From Gammaproteobacteria bacterium (GTDB lineage Bacteria > Pseudomonadota > Gammaproteobacteria > UBA4575), in assembly GCA_965243395.1 (NCBI GenBank), contig CBDEUS010000001.1, positions 1,215,211 to 1,279,210 of the forward strand: a stretch of 64,000 nt of DNA, read 5' to 3'. Below the pieces are notes generated by a model. The model was not told the DNA's origin, did no database searches, and worked only from the letters and a program-made list of their open reading frames with translations. Position numbers and translations under genes: made by a program. Of this stretch, positions 20,476 through 31,027 are shown piece by piece (within the stretch, counting starts at the first letter, position 1; each line of letters starts with the position of its first letter).

Positions 20476-20496
20476 TGACAGCATCCTTGTCTGTCA
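20476..20496 (-). promoter_or_regulatory. GGA-loop hairpin (CsrA/Rsm-type) in the fleQ upstream region
   Basis: UGACAG-ACAAGGAUG-CUGUCA. Confidence 0.55.
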
Positions 20497-20551
20497 TTTC
20501 CCCTTTAAAATCATATGTAAGCTAATTAATTCTACCTTAAATAACTAATTT

Positions 20552-20582
20552 TTTTCGGACTAAAGTTATTTTCGGACTAAAG
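20552..20582. repeat. Direct repeat TTTTCGGACTAAAG x2 (17-bp period)
   Basis: Copies at 20552-20565 and 20569-20582. Confidence 0.85.
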
Positions 20583-20749
20583 ATACAATACTTTTTCTAA
20601 GGATACAAAAGTATTCGCTGCTAATGTATGTTTAAAAACAAACAATTATAAAATTAATTATTTTGTAAAGTACAAGCAAATTAGATAACAAAATATTCGT
20701 GCTTAACACGCATTTGTTAAAAAATTAAACAACTTAATTTTGTAAAGTA

Positions 20750-21055
20750 TTAATAATTATTGTTATATTGCTGAATAGCTGTTTGTGTGTGTTTATTATT
20801 TTGTATTTGCGTCAAAACTTTGGCGCGTAGATCAATTACTTGATCTTTTATTATGGTATTTGTCTCGGTAATTTTTTCGATATCACTACTCATCGTAATA
20901 AATTGTTCAGCAGTTAAACTATTAATAAATGCACGTACATCTGCATCCCATTTCTGACTCAGCTCTATAGCTTCATCCCATGACTCATTATTTATAGTCA
21001 TGAGCAGCTCTTCTGCCAAGTATTTGACTTGTGATAACTGCTTTTGAGTACTCAT
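20750..21055 (-). CDS. fliT: FliT-like chaperone
   Basis: Downstream of fliS; helical, 'ESWDEAIEL', ends 'AIQQY'. Confidence 0.65.
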   Translation of the reverse strand: MSTQKQLSQVKYLAEELLMTINNESWDEAIELSQKWDADVRAFINSLTAEQFITMSSDIEKITETNTIIKDQVIDLRAKVLTQIQNNKHTQTAIQQYNNNY

Positions 21056-21077
21056 CTAAAGGCCAATTGAACAATTT

Positions 21078-21479
21078 CTATACACGTGCTTCCTCAGGTA
21101 TAGAGTTCCACGCTTCTTGAATCTCTCGTAGTAAATCCATTACCTCGTCAGTAATTTTTGTATCATCATCTGCATTCGCAACAACAAGACGTCTTTGCAT
21201 ATAGTCATATAAATCATCTAAATTTTGTGCAATTTCGCCACCCTCTACAATATTAAGGCTGGATCTTAAACCATCTAATATTGCGATAGCCTTTGAAATT
21301 CTAATCGCTTTTTCTTGCTTCTGATTTCGCTCAATATGCCCATTTGCAGCTAACAAATGATCAATTGCGCCTTTGAAAAGTAAGTTTACAAGACCATGTG
21401 CATCAGATCGTTCAACGCTACCTAACACCCCGCTACTTCTATATTCACCTATCGCCAGTGCTGCTGCTGTCGTGTTCAT
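21078..21479 (-). CDS. fliS: Flagellin chaperone FliS
   Basis: GGEIAQNLDDLYDYM, EIQEAW. Confidence 0.96.
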   Translation of the reverse strand: MNTTAAALAIGEYRSSGVLGSVERSDAHGLVNLLFKGAIDHLLAANGHIERNQKQEKAIRISKAIAILDGLRSSLNIVEGGEIAQNLDDLYDYMQRRLVVANADDDTKITDEVMDLLREIQEAWNSIPEEARV

Positions 21480-21504
21480 ATCTAGTTTCCTTTCATGTAA
21501 TAAG

Positions 21505-22893
21505 TTAAGAGTTATCCCTTCGATTCAATATATTATTTGTCGGCAGATTTGCGAGTTGTTGAGTTAAAAATGTACTGGTTGCATTCAATTGGCCGACCAA
21601 GCTGTCAAGTGCAGTATATTGTCTGCGTAGTCTTTGCTCAGTTAGCGCAACGCGGTCTTCTATTCGCTCAATATCATCATCAATTTGAGAGCGACTTTCA
21701 CTCAAACCATCTGTGCGCGCTTCGATGAGACCTCCAGTCTCTACATAACTTGACAAAACGGTATCAAGAGCTTGTGCAAAACCATTTTCAGGATCTGTAA
21801 ATAACTGAACAACACCGTTGAAGTCATCTGCAGTGACTTGATCAAATTTATCGCTATCTAAACTAAGTATTCCATCACGATCAAACGTGATTCCAACATC
21901 AAATAAATATTGCAAGTTGCTTCCTGCAACATTAAATCTATTTCCAAGAACTTGCCTCACACGTGTTTCGATACCAAGCAACAATGACTCACCTTGTAAT
22001 GTAGATTCACGTTGAGTATTCAAACTGATGATTAAGTCGTTATAGGCTGTAATGAAAGCTTCAACAGCATTTTTACCTACTGAGCGATCTTCACTGATAG
22101 ATAATGATGCAGTACCTATATCTTTCAAAGTCAAAGTTACCCCTTCAATAACATCGGATATTTCATTTGAAGAGCGCGTGACACTAAACCCATCCACAAT
22201 GAATGTAGCATCTTGTGCCACATCAATTTCTTGTAAATTTTGTGTGCCCCCTTCAACGAATACTAAATTTGAAAGACCTGCAGCGTCATTATCATTCCCA
22301 TCACTATCACCGGTAACCGTTACACTTAATGCATTTGCTGTTCCGCTTTCTTCAGATGTTAGTATTAAATGACTTCCATCATCTGCAGAAATAATAGATG
22401 CAGAGACACCTATATTATTTAAATTGTCATTAATAGCGTTACGAATACCCTCCAAAGTATTGTTATTATCATCAATGCTAATAGAGAATGATTCAGCACC
22501 TACAGATATATTTAATTGCCCATTACCGACAATACTTCCACCACTAGCAAATGCAGATGACGCTAGTTTATTTTTTTGTGCTAGCGTCAATACTTCAATA
22601 TCACTAGAGATAGGAACAGAACCCTCACCTGCTTCTGCAGTAAGAACTTCATCGTCACTTGATGTTACCGAGAAGGATTGAAATCCACTAGTAAGTTCTA
22701 ATCCCGAAATACTGGATTGAAAATTTGATACAGATTCTTGTACTAATCCCAAGGAACTAATCTGAATATCGATCTCAGCTTGACGAGATTCCAGAAACTG
22801 AATAGGCCGACGTTCAACCGCAACTAATTGATTAACGATTGATTCGATATCAATACCTGAACCAATACCTAACGATGTTATTGAACCTGCCAT
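21505..22893 (-). CDS. fliD: Filament cap FliD
   Basis: SLGIGSGIDI, AQDA..VDG...RSSN, RLRRQYTALD. Confidence 0.97.
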   Translation of the reverse strand: MAGSITSLGIGSGIDIESIVNQLVAVERRPIQFLESRQAEIDIQISSLGLVQESVSNFQSSISGLELTSGFQSFSVTSSDDEVLTAEAGEGSVPISSDIEVLTLAQKNKLASSAFASGGSIVGNGQLNISVGAESFSISIDDNNNTLEGIRNAINDNLNNIGVSASIISADDGSHLILTSEESGTANALSVTVTGDSDGNDNDAAGLSNLVFVEGGTQNLQEIDVAQDATFIVDGFSVTRSSNEISDVIEGVTLTLKDIGTASLSISEDRSVGKNAVEAFITAYNDLIISLNTQRESTLQGESLLLGIETRVRQVLGNRFNVAGSNLQYLFDVGITFDRDGILSLDSDKFDQVTADDFNGVVQLFTDPENGFAQALDTVLSSYVETGGLIEARTDGLSESRSQIDDDIERIEDRVALTEQRLRRQYTALDSLVGQLNATSTFLTQQLANLPTNNILNRRDNS

Positions 22894-22906
22894 ATTTGTT
22901 TAAAAT

Positions 22907-22923
22907 TCATCAATCCTTGATGA
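22907..22923 (-). promoter_or_regulatory. GGA-loop hairpin in the fliD leader
   Basis: UCAUCAA-GGA-UUGAUGA, a perfect 7-bp stem 13 nt upstream of the ATG. Confidence 0.55.
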
Positions 22924-22952
22924 TTGTTAGGCAATTTTAATGCCAGTTTTAT

Positions 22953-23351
22953 TTAGCCTTGTGCTGCCAGTAATAATCCAACTTTTTCTACATCAGATGA
23001 AGTAGATTCACGGATTAAATTTGCCACAGCAAGGACTTCTTTTGCCGGAATTTGACGTATGACTTCCCCACTTTGAGTATCAATAACGGTAATTATTGAT
23101 CGACCACTAGCTTCGTCAACCGAAAAGCTCAAATTTGTTTGAATTTTTTGTGCGAATTCATTTAAATCTTTAGCAGCTTCACGCACAACTTCAATATTTT
23201 GTGCTGCTTGTTTAGCCAGTTCTTTAGCTTTTGCACGATCTGCTTGAATATTTTCTGAAGTAGTAGCCACTACTTTCGCTGCCGAACCAGACTGTCCGGT
23301 TTGAAAATTATTTGTTGCTACAGAAGATAATTTAACTACTTGTGCAACCAT
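22953..23351 (-). CDS. flaG: FlaG
   Basis: LSFSVDEASGR..VIDTQSGEVIRQIP. Confidence 0.93.
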   Translation of the reverse strand: MVAQVVKLSSVATNNFQTGQSGSAAKVVATTSENIQADRAKAKELAKQAAQNIEVVREAAKDLNEFAQKIQTNLSFSVDEASGRSIITVIDTQSGEVIRQIPAKEVLAVANLIRESTSSDVEKVGLLLAAQG

Positions 23352-23379
23352 GCTAAATCTCCTATCAACACCCTTCGGC

Positions 23380-23416
23380 TATGCATCCAGAATGATAAAA
23401 ACATTCCAGATGCATA
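23380..23416 (-). other. Long stem-loop after the fliC stop (mRNA stabiliser or attenuator)
   Basis: 15-bp stem UAUGCAUCUGGAAUG/CAUUCUGGAUGCAUA pairs fully, with 2 G-U pairs, only on the minus strand. Confidence 0.7.
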
Positions 23417-23437
23417 AACACGAAAGTTAAGTATCCA

Positions 23438-24787
23438 CTACTGAAGTAGTGACAATACGTTCTGAGGCAAAGAGTTTGCCTGTGCAACGATTGCAAGACC
23501 CGCCTGTTGCAGAATCTGAGCACGAGTTAAGTTCGCAGTTTCTGCCGCAAAGTCAGCATCTTGAATACGTGAACGTGCAGCCGTTAAGTTCTCTACTGTA
23601 ACTTGTAGATTTGAAATAGTGGATTCAAATCGAGTTTGAACAGCACCTAGCTCAGATCGCAAAGTGTTGATTTGGTCTAAAGCAAAATCAACTGTTAACA
23701 ATGCGGAAGTAGATGAGCTTTGCGTAAGAACGTCCGTACCATTTACAGTTTGATCCGCTTGAGACGCACCTAGAGCGGTTTGCCCTGTTTCAACTGCAAA
23801 TGTACCTGTAGCTGTAAATGCAGTGCCAACTTCACCAGCTAAGGTAATACCAGCACGGAAAGTTTCGGCAGCACCACCGTTAAGGTTTGCACCACCTACT
23901 GCAATTGCAGAACCATCAGTATTTGCTAATTGAATATTGGCTCCACTTACAGAAGCTGTTACACCAGTTTGAGCACTTAATGCATTAATAGTTGCCACAT
24001 CCGTTGCAGCTGTACCGGTTAATGCAACTTGTACACCATTAATAGTACCTGAACCTACAGCAACAGCAATGTCACCAGTTTGTACGGTAGTATTAAGTTG
24101 TGCAGTTACACCACTTTGTGCTGTAACCTGGTTAATAGCATTTACAATTTGCTGGGTAGTATCACCCGCTGACAATCCAGAAAGATCAACTGAAATACCC
24201 TGTATGACCAAGTTATCTGCAGCAATTGATGCGTCAATAGCAGTCTGATCAATTGAACCACTCACAGATACTCGTGCACCCAAAATTTCACCACGTGCAT
24301 CAACACCATCAACACTGATAGTCTGATTTTGGTTTGCACCTACTTGAAACACTAACGTACTAGAAGTTCCATCAAGTACATTCTGGCCGTTAAATTGTGT
24401 GCTGTTAGCAATACGATTAATTTCAGCTACTAATTGCTGTACTTCGTTATTGAGAGCTTGACGATCTGATGATGAGTTTGTGTCATTAGCAGATTGTACA
24501 GATAGCTCACGAATACGTTGTAAAGCATTAGTTGCAGTTGATAATGCGCCTTCAGCAGTTTGCGAAAATGAAATACCATCATTAGCATTTCGAATTGCTT
24601 GGTTTAGACCGCGAATCTGTGCGGTAAATCTTTCGGCAATCGCAAGGCCTGCGGCGTCGTCCTTTGCGCTGTTTACTCGCAAACCTGAAGACAAACGCTG
24701 TAATGAGGTCTGTAACGAACTCTGCGTTGTATTTAGGTTTCGCTGAGCATTCAACGAGAACAGGTTAGTATTAATAATTTGAGGCAT
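23438..24787 (-). CDS. fliC: Flagellin (only copy in the window)
   Basis: [24 protein letters not shown]; [12 protein letters not shown]; VLSLLQ. Confidence 0.99.
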   Translation of the reverse strand: MPQIINTNLFSLNAQRNLNTTQSSLQTSLQRLSSGLRVNSAKDDAAGLAIAERFTAQIRGLNQAIRNANDGISFSQTAEGALSTATNALQRIRELSVQSANDTNSSSDRQALNNEVQQLVAEINRIANSTQFNGQNVLDGTSSTLVFQVGANQNQTISVDGVDARGEILGARVSVSGSIDQTAIDASIAADNLVIQGISVDLSGLSAGDTTQQIVNAINQVTAQSGVTAQLNTTVQTGDIAVAVGSGTINGVQVALTGTAATDVATINALSAQTGVTASVSGANIQLANTDGSAIAVGGANLNGGAAETFRAGITLAGEVGTAFTATGTFAVETGQTALGASQADQTVNGTDVLTQSSSTSALLTVDFALDQINTLRSELGAVQTRFESTISNLQVTVENLTAARSRIQDADFAAETANLTRAQILQQAGLAIVAQANSLPQNVLSLLQ

Positions 24788-24889
24788 TTTACTTACTCCT
24801 TAGTAGTAATCCATCCTTAAAAAGTCTGAAATCTCAAAATGAGATTTCGACACCGCAAAGAACCAAGCCTCTACGTTGTCCTGCTATGC

Positions 24890-24916
24890 TTATCGGCGTT
24901 AATTTAGATTACTTTA
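24890..24916 (-). promoter_or_regulatory. sigma28 promoter of fliC
   Basis: TAAA-N15-GCCGATAA, perfect consensus. Confidence 0.93.
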
Positions 24917-25038
24917 AGGATTTATTGAAAAATATCTAAGAAATTCAAACAACTACACATGGCAGCAAGCTCAATTTCTTTAATGGTGAAACTAATAGAA
25001 AGCAGATTTACCCGATGAAGGGTCGAACTGAAATAAAT

Positions 25039-26241
25039 TTAAAGTAAGTTAAATAAACTTTGACCACGAACTTGCGCAAACGCACCTTGAATGGCTTGCA
25101 ATGTAGTTTGCTGTAGCTGCAATTGTGTAATCGCTTGAGCAAAATCTAAGTCTTCTATTTGTGAGCGCGTGGTTTGTAGCTCAATTTTAGCCCCTTCATT
25201 TTCAATATTCGCGCTATCTATTGAATTTTGTCGTGTACCGATAAATGTACGCGTATTCAGGATATTCTGTAATGCCTGATCGACATCGCTAATAGTGCGA
25301 TCTAATGCTTGTGTTAATTGCGCTTGATCGGCTGGGTTTGCAGGATCAATATCTAAAGCATTAATAAAGGTTTGCAAAGTTGTAAAGACATCCTGCCTAC
25401 GACTTGCATTCACTGAAAACTCATCGCCGGTTTGTGGATCTCCTGATATCGCTACCTCAACACCATTGAAGTTAATCGCTTGGTCCGGAACATAAGTCTG
25501 ACCTGCCAAAATTGTAGTAGCAGTAGTGTTGTTAACAACATCAAATGTCGTAGGAGAAGTAAAAATAATACTGAAATCATTAGCTTGAAAAGCGCCATTA
25601 TCTATAACCGAACCTACTGTTATTACACCATCACCTGTATTGCCAGCATTAGATGAAGTTACAAAACTCCCATTACCATTTTTTATATTTACAAAAATAT
25701 CGTAACCGGATTCAGACGCAACAATCGTACGATTACCTGAAATTTTCAGTGACAATTGATTTTGGTCACCGTTGTAAGCCACTCCTGCTGCAGTTTGCGT
25801 AAATGGTTCTGTACGGTTTTTAGAGCCAGCAAACAAATAATTTCCATTACCATCTCGAGCATTCGCAAAATCAAGTAATTCTTGCAGCCGTTCCTCTACT
25901 TCGGCCTTAATAATTGCACGTGTATCAGCAGTTTGACTTCCACTATTTGCTTGCAATGCAAGTTCACGCACTCTTTGAAGCGAATTGTTCACGCTCGACA
26001 AGGTCGCATCTTCCAAACCTAAACGTTGATTGGCAAAAATACTATTACGTTGAAATTGATCTATTCTGCCAATAGCTTGATTTAAATCGATGATACGTGC
26101 CGTTTCAGCAGGGCCATCAGATGGTTTGTTAATACGTTTACCTGTACCAATCTGATTTTGAATTTGTGCAATTTCAAACTGTTTTTGAGCGATATCTACC
26201 GCAGTCTTTTGAAACAAGTAAGCTGTAGTAATTCTAGTCAT
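25039..26241 (-). CDS. flgL: Hook-filament junction FlgL
   Basis: TGKRINKPSD, GNYLFAG, YNGD, SLFNLL. Confidence 0.96.
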   Translation of the reverse strand: MTRITTAYLFQKTAVDIAQKQFEIAQIQNQIGTGKRINKPSDGPAETARIIDLNQAIGRIDQFQRNSIFANQRLGLEDATLSSVNNSLQRVRELALQANSGSQTADTRAIIKAEVEERLQELLDFANARDGNGNYLFAGSKNRTEPFTQTAAGVAYNGDQNQLSLKISGNRTIVASESGYDIFVNIKNGNGSFVTSSNAGNTGDGVITVGSVIDNGAFQANDFSIIFTSPTTFDVVNNTTATTILAGQTYVPDQAINFNGVEVAISGDPQTGDEFSVNASRRQDVFTTLQTFINALDIDPANPADQAQLTQALDRTISDVDQALQNILNTRTFIGTRQNSIDSANIENEGAKIELQTTRSQIEDLDFAQAITQLQLQQTTLQAIQGAFAQVRGQSLFNLL

Positions 26242-26251
26242 AATGTATTTA

Positions 26252-28153
26252 CTATCTAATTGCCGCTAAGAATGTATCAAATAGCCTATTTGCAGTAGAA
26301 ATTACTTGTGCTGCCGCTTGATATGCCTGCTGATATCTCAGCAAATCAACCGCTTCTTCATCTAAATTAACACCTGATACATTATCACGCGCCTGCACCG
26401 CGTCTTCGTATAATGCTTGCTGAGTTTGGCTACTGATACTGGTTTGACGACTCACTGTACCAACTTGACTCACCAAAGAACCATAGCCTTCTTGTAAAGT
26501 TGCCGTGCCACCAACTGTCTGAGAAGTTTGTAATCCAAGCAACGCTACTACATTAGAGTTATCTCCTACACCTCCAGAATTACGTTCAATCGTAAATACA
26601 TCACCTGCTTCGGGTTGATTCTGAACTTGTACGCGAATGCCATTAAAATCAATGTTTGCATTATTAGTATAAGTAACTCCTGCAGCAATTACGCTGGCAT
26701 CTGTTACGTTAAAAATATCGAAAGTAGTTGGAGGGGTATTAAATCGAATTTCTACAGTGTCAAATATATCTGGATTATTGATATCCAAAATTTGTGGGTT
26801 ACCTACCACGCCATCTCCCAAATTCGCTGCACTTTCAAGGCTACGCACGGGTGATGCCGCCGCGATTTGACTGGTATTGTTAAGCAACACACCAATGCCC
26901 GACGCACCATTAATTGTAGGCTGCACTAAAAAGCGATCGCCCGCAGCAGCTGCACCAACAATATCAACTTGAATTCCATCTATATTTAATGGACCCGCTG
27001 CACCACTAACATTAACTCCATCACTTAATCTGGTTAATGTGTAATTCGCACCATCATAACTTAACTCGTAATCCGAACTGCTCAGCTGAGTAACATCAGT
27101 AATGCTCGTCGTTACAGTAGCAGCTCCAGTGTTATTCTGGTTTGCTGTCGTTTCAGGACCAGCGATAGAAAAATACTGTGTGCCTAGTGCACCATTAGTA
27201 TCTAATCCTGACTGATGTTGTGCATTAAATTGATCTGCTAATACTAATGCTAAACGTCCAGTTTGATTGCGGATTTCACTTAGTTGCTCAGATCTAAAAT
27301 CTAACAATCCGCTTACACTGCCACCCGTAATTTTATCTGTGATATCAAATGAACTTGAACCTACTTCAATACCCACTCTTAATTGGCCCGGATTTGCAGG
27401 ATCATTTGTAGTCAGTAAATTTCTTGATAAGCTTCCGATTACAATGGATTCACCACCACCGATGAAAACATTAACCGAACCATCACTAAGCTCTACTGTA
27501 TTCACCGCAACACGCTCAGATAAACGACCTAGCAATACATTTCTTTGATCTACTAAATCATTAGGCAAACTCTCACCGGAGGATGAGGCCGCTTTAGCCT
27601 CAACAATTGACCTATTTAAATCAGCAATTCCACTCGTAATGCTATTGATGTCATTTATATCGCCCCTTAATCGCGTATTAATTTCTTGATTAATACTATT
27701 GTAGCTATCATCCAAATCTCTAAAACGTGCTACCAAGGTCTCCGAATTACTTAACACAACTTGTCTAGCTGGTATGGATGCAGGATTATTACTGAGATCT
27801 TGTAAGCTATTAAAAAAGTTCTGTAATGCAGTATCTAAACCACTTTGAGATCCTGATACCAAGTTTTCTACACGTTGTATAAGACTTAAATAGGAATCTA
27901 ATCGAGCAACATCGCCTGCACTTGACTGTACACGTGCATTAAGAAACTGATCTTCAATGCGTTGAACCCCTGAAACTCTGGAGCCACTACCAAAAAACCC
28001 ATCACCAAAGGTTTGTGATGGTCGTGTAACAATATCTACGCGTTGACGCGTATACCCCTCAGTACCTGCATTGGCGACATTATTTGCAGTAGTTGCAATC
28101 GCACGCTGAAATACCTGCAATCCTGTTATCGCTACTCTTGACGGGTCAGTCAC
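26252..28153 (-). CDS. flgK: Hook-filament junction FlgK
   Basis: NVANAGTEGYTRQRV, SGVNLDEEAVDLLRYQQAYQA. Confidence 0.97.
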   Translation of the reverse strand: MTDPSRVAITGLQVFQRAIATTANNVANAGTEGYTRQRVDIVTRPSQTFGDGFFGSGSRVSGVQRIEDQFLNARVQSSAGDVARLDSYLSLIQRVENLVSGSQSGLDTALQNFFNSLQDLSNNPASIPARQVVLSNSETLVARFRDLDDSYNSINQEINTRLRGDINDINSITSGIADLNRSIVEAKAASSSGESLPNDLVDQRNVLLGRLSERVAVNTVELSDGSVNVFIGGGESIVIGSLSRNLLTTNDPANPGQLRVGIEVGSSSFDITDKITGGSVSGLLDFRSEQLSEIRNQTGRLALVLADQFNAQHQSGLDTNGALGTQYFSIAGPETTANQNNTGAATVTTSITDVTQLSSSDYELSYDGANYTLTRLSDGVNVSGAAGPLNIDGIQVDIVGAAAAGDRFLVQPTINGASGIGVLLNNTSQIAAASPVRSLESAANLGDGVVGNPQILDINNPDIFDTVEIRFNTPPTTFDIFNVTDASVIAAGVTYTNNANIDFNGIRVQVQNQPEAGDVFTIERNSGGVGDNSNVVALLGLQTSQTVGGTATLQEGYGSLVSQVGTVSRQTSISSQTQQALYEDAVQARDNVSGVNLDEEAVDLLRYQQAYQAAAQVISTANRLFDTFLAAIR

Positions 28154-28170
28154 GTTACCATCCCTTAACT

Positions 28171-29223
28171 TTAATGAGAGTTCCTAGTTTCGACATTCGA
28201 AACCAGTTTTTCTGCTGTTTCTGTTTCATGCAATGAATAAATAGCATTCTTCAATATGCTTCCATTCAATATAGAATTTACCTTTTTTGCATAATTTGGG
28301 TCTGTTGCGTAACCTGCTTTTTGCAATTCCGCAACAAAAGCTTTGCTATCACTACTATGACTAACTGCATCTTCATAGCGTGGATTTGTTAACAAAAAAT
28401 CAACAAAATCATTAAAAGAATCTGCTGGAGATTGATAAGCTCTAAAATTATCTTTAATCATAATCATTTTTTCGCCATCAAATTCTTGGGTCATATTTGT
28501 TACTGTCTGACCTTGCCAATTTTTTGCCTTAATCCCAAAATAATTAAAAGATTCTTGGCCAGAATTTGCTTTGGGCGTATGTGCACCCCAGCCTGTTTCT
28601 AAAGCCGCTATAGCTACTAATACATCGGCAGATGTGTTCAATTTTGAAGCCGCTTGTTTTGCATATGGATAAACCTGTTGAACAAACTGTTGCGGTGTAG
28701 AAATATCGGATGAATGTGAAACTTTAGTGTTTTCTGATATTTTTTTAGTAACTAGTTGTTTTAACTTGGTTTTGACTGGATCAATGCCATTCGTTGCAGT
28801 TGCTCCTAAGGAAGCCACTACCGTCGCATCAGCAGAATCGTTGGACCTGCCTATAGCAGCAAAAGAACTACGCTTGAAAAGTGCATCGCTACCCAAACTA
28901 GTACTTGGTATCGGTGATTTGTTATTACCTGGAAATTGTTTTCGTAGTAATTTTGCTACCGCAAAAGTTTCCTTTGAAGCCAGATTTCCAGCAAGTTGCT
29001 GATCATGCCAGTCCTGGTAAAAGTTAGATTTATCGCTATCTAACAAACCTGTTGACAACGATGCGCTACGCATACTTTTCAGCATGGACTGAATAAAAAA
29101 CGCTTCAAACTTTTGTACCGCATCCACTAAAGATGAGGATTTTGTTAGTCCAGTCAAAGTATTCAATTGATTGGGTTGCAATAAACTACCGAAAGTTTTA
29201 GCTACATTTACGTGCGATTCCAT
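28171..29223 (-). CDS. flgJ: FlgJ (rod-capping + glucosaminidase domains)
   Basis: FEAFFIQSMLKSMR; AALETGWG, NYFGIKA, GYATDPNY. Confidence 0.95.
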   Translation of the reverse strand: MESHVNVAKTFGSLLQPNQLNTLTGLTKSSSLVDAVQKFEAFFIQSMLKSMRSASLSTGLLDSDKSNFYQDWHDQQLAGNLASKETFAVAKLLRKQFPGNNKSPIPSTSLGSDALFKRSSFAAIGRSNDSADATVVASLGATATNGIDPVKTKLKQLVTKKISENTKVSHSSDISTPQQFVQQVYPYAKQAASKLNTSADVLVAIAALETGWGAHTPKANSGQESFNYFGIKAKNWQGQTVTNMTQEFDGEKMIMIKDNFRAYQSPADSFNDFVDFLLTNPRYEDAVSHSSDSKAFVAELQKAGYATDPNYAKKVNSILNGSILKNAIYSLHETETAEKLVSNVETRNSH

Positions 29224-29239
29224 TGCACCGATCTTTTAT

Positions 29240-30352
29240 TTAGATAATGACAAGCTCTGCACGCAAAGCACCTGCTTGTTTCAGAGCTTCCAAGATTGCA
29301 ACCAAATCTCCTGGAGCTGCACCCACTTGATTTACCGCATTAACTATTTCATTAAGTGTTATACCAGGCGCAAACACAAACATTCGATTTGATTGCTGTT
29401 CTACTTCAATATTTGTTCGATCCACAACAACTGTTTCGCCTAATGAAAGCTCATTAGGCTGACTGACTATTGGATCTGAAGTGATCGTAACCGCGAGACT
29501 ACCATGAGTTACCGCAGCTGGTGTAACACTAACGTTGGAACCTATTACTACTGTACCCGTTCTGGAGTTGACGATAACTTTTGCTGGTGCTTCACCAGGT
29601 GTTAATTCAATATTCTCAATATCTGCAACAAATGCCACTTTTGATACTTGATCAAAAGGCGCATTAACTTTTACCGTTACTGCATCAATTGCTTGTGCAA
29701 GATTTTGCTTGAAGTGTTTGTTAATTTGGTTTTGTACTCGTCGAGCAGTTGTAAAATCTGCTGCATGTAAGTTCAAGTACAGCTCATCACTCGAAACGAA
29801 TGGAGATGGAACTGCACGTTCTACTGTTGCACCGTTTGGTATTCGCCCCGCGCTTGGAATATTGATACTAATACTTGAACCATCGCTTCCTTGTACTCCT
29901 AAGCCCCCTACTACAAGATTACCCTGTGCAATGGCATACACTTGGCCATCGATACCGCGCAAAGGAGTAATTAATAAACTTCCTCCACGTAAACTCTTAG
30001 CATTACCGAGTGAGGAAACCGTTATATCAATAGTTTGTCCGGGTTTAGCAAAAGGCGATAAATCTGCATGCACCGTAACAGCAGCCACATTTTTTAGCTG
30101 CGGATTAACATCAGGCGGAATAGTTACACCGTATTGCTTTAAAAAACTTTTTAAGCTTTGAATAGTAAACGGAGTTTGTGAGGTTTGATCACCCGTACCA
30201 TCTAATCCAACAACTAATCCATAACCTAATAATTGATTACTCCGCACACCTGCAAAAGACGAAATGTCTTTAATTCTTTCGGCATGAACATTACCTGAAA
30301 TTATTAGCACAGCTATAGCAGTGCATAAAACTATTGTTTTTTTAATTTTCAT
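29240..30352 (-). CDS. flgI: P-ring protein FlgI (probable start 30352)
   Basis: [33 protein letters not shown]. Confidence 0.98.
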   Translation of the reverse strand: MKIKKTIVLCTAIAVLIISGNVHAERIKDISSFAGVRSNQLLGYGLVVGLDGTGDQTSQTPFTIQSLKSFLKQYGVTIPPDVNPQLKNVAAVTVHADLSPFAKPGQTIDITVSSLGNAKSLRGGSLLITPLRGIDGQVYAIAQGNLVVGGLGVQGSDGSSISINIPSAGRIPNGATVERAVPSPFVSSDELYLNLHAADFTTARRVQNQINKHFKQNLAQAIDAVTVKVNAPFDQVSKVAFVADIENIELTPGEAPAKVIVNSRTGTVVIGSNVSVTPAAVTHGSLAVTITSDPIVSQPNELSLGETVVVDRTNIEVEQQSNRMFVFAPGITLNEIVNAVNQVGAAPGDLVAILEALKQAGALRAELVII

Positions 30353-30357
30353 AATGA

Positions 30358-31020
30358 TTAATATGGCCAAATCGCGCTGTAGAAAAATCTAGTTAGCCAT
30401 CCTGCTTTACTACTGTCACTCACAATGCCTTTTCCTTTATAAGTTATTTGTGCATTAGCTACTTGGTTTGAAAGTACAGTGTTATCTGTTGTTACATCTG
30501 TTGGACGAACAATCCCGGAAACTCTGACGATTTCACTACCTTCATTAAGCTCAATTAATTTTTCCCCCATTACTAATAAATTACCATTTGGATAAACTTT
30601 ATGAACCATCACGGTAATATTGCCTTCAATACTATTTTCTTGAGTAGTTTCACCTTCACCTTCAAACTCTCGAGTTGAATCAATATCATTTACTATTTCA
30701 TTTAAACGATTATCTCTACCAAATAATGTTGGATTTGGAAGATCAATCGAAGAGTCTTTGTCTGCTTCTGTACTTGCAGATTTAGATGCATTAATACTTT
30801 CTTCTAAAACAATTGTAATCAAATCACCTACTCTTCTTGCTTTTACATCTTCAAACAAAAATAAGTTATATGAGGGATCATAGATAGCACCATCTACAGT
30901 CTCTTTTGCCTCAGGTATCACAGCTTCACTAGGCGCATAATCGGGATCTTTAAGACTACCCACACTAGAACATGCCGTGGCAAACAAGCAAAAAATAAGG
31001 ATTGTAAAATTACATTTCAT
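30358..31020 (-). CDS. flgH: L-ring lipoprotein FlgH
   Basis: Lipobox ATAC; [12 protein letters not shown]; SGIVRPTD. Confidence 0.96.
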   Translation of the reverse strand: MKCNFTILIFCLFATACSSVGSLKDPDYAPSEAVIPEAKETVDGAIYDPSYNLFLFEDVKARRVGDLITIVLEESINASKSASTEADKDSSIDLPNPTLFGRDNRLNEIVNDIDSTREFEGEGETTQENSIEGNITVMVHKVYPNGNLLVMGEKLIELNEGSEIVRVSGIVRPTDVTTDNTVLSNQVANAQITYKGKGIVSDSSKAGWLTRFFYSAIWPY

Positions 31021-31027
31021 AATTTAA

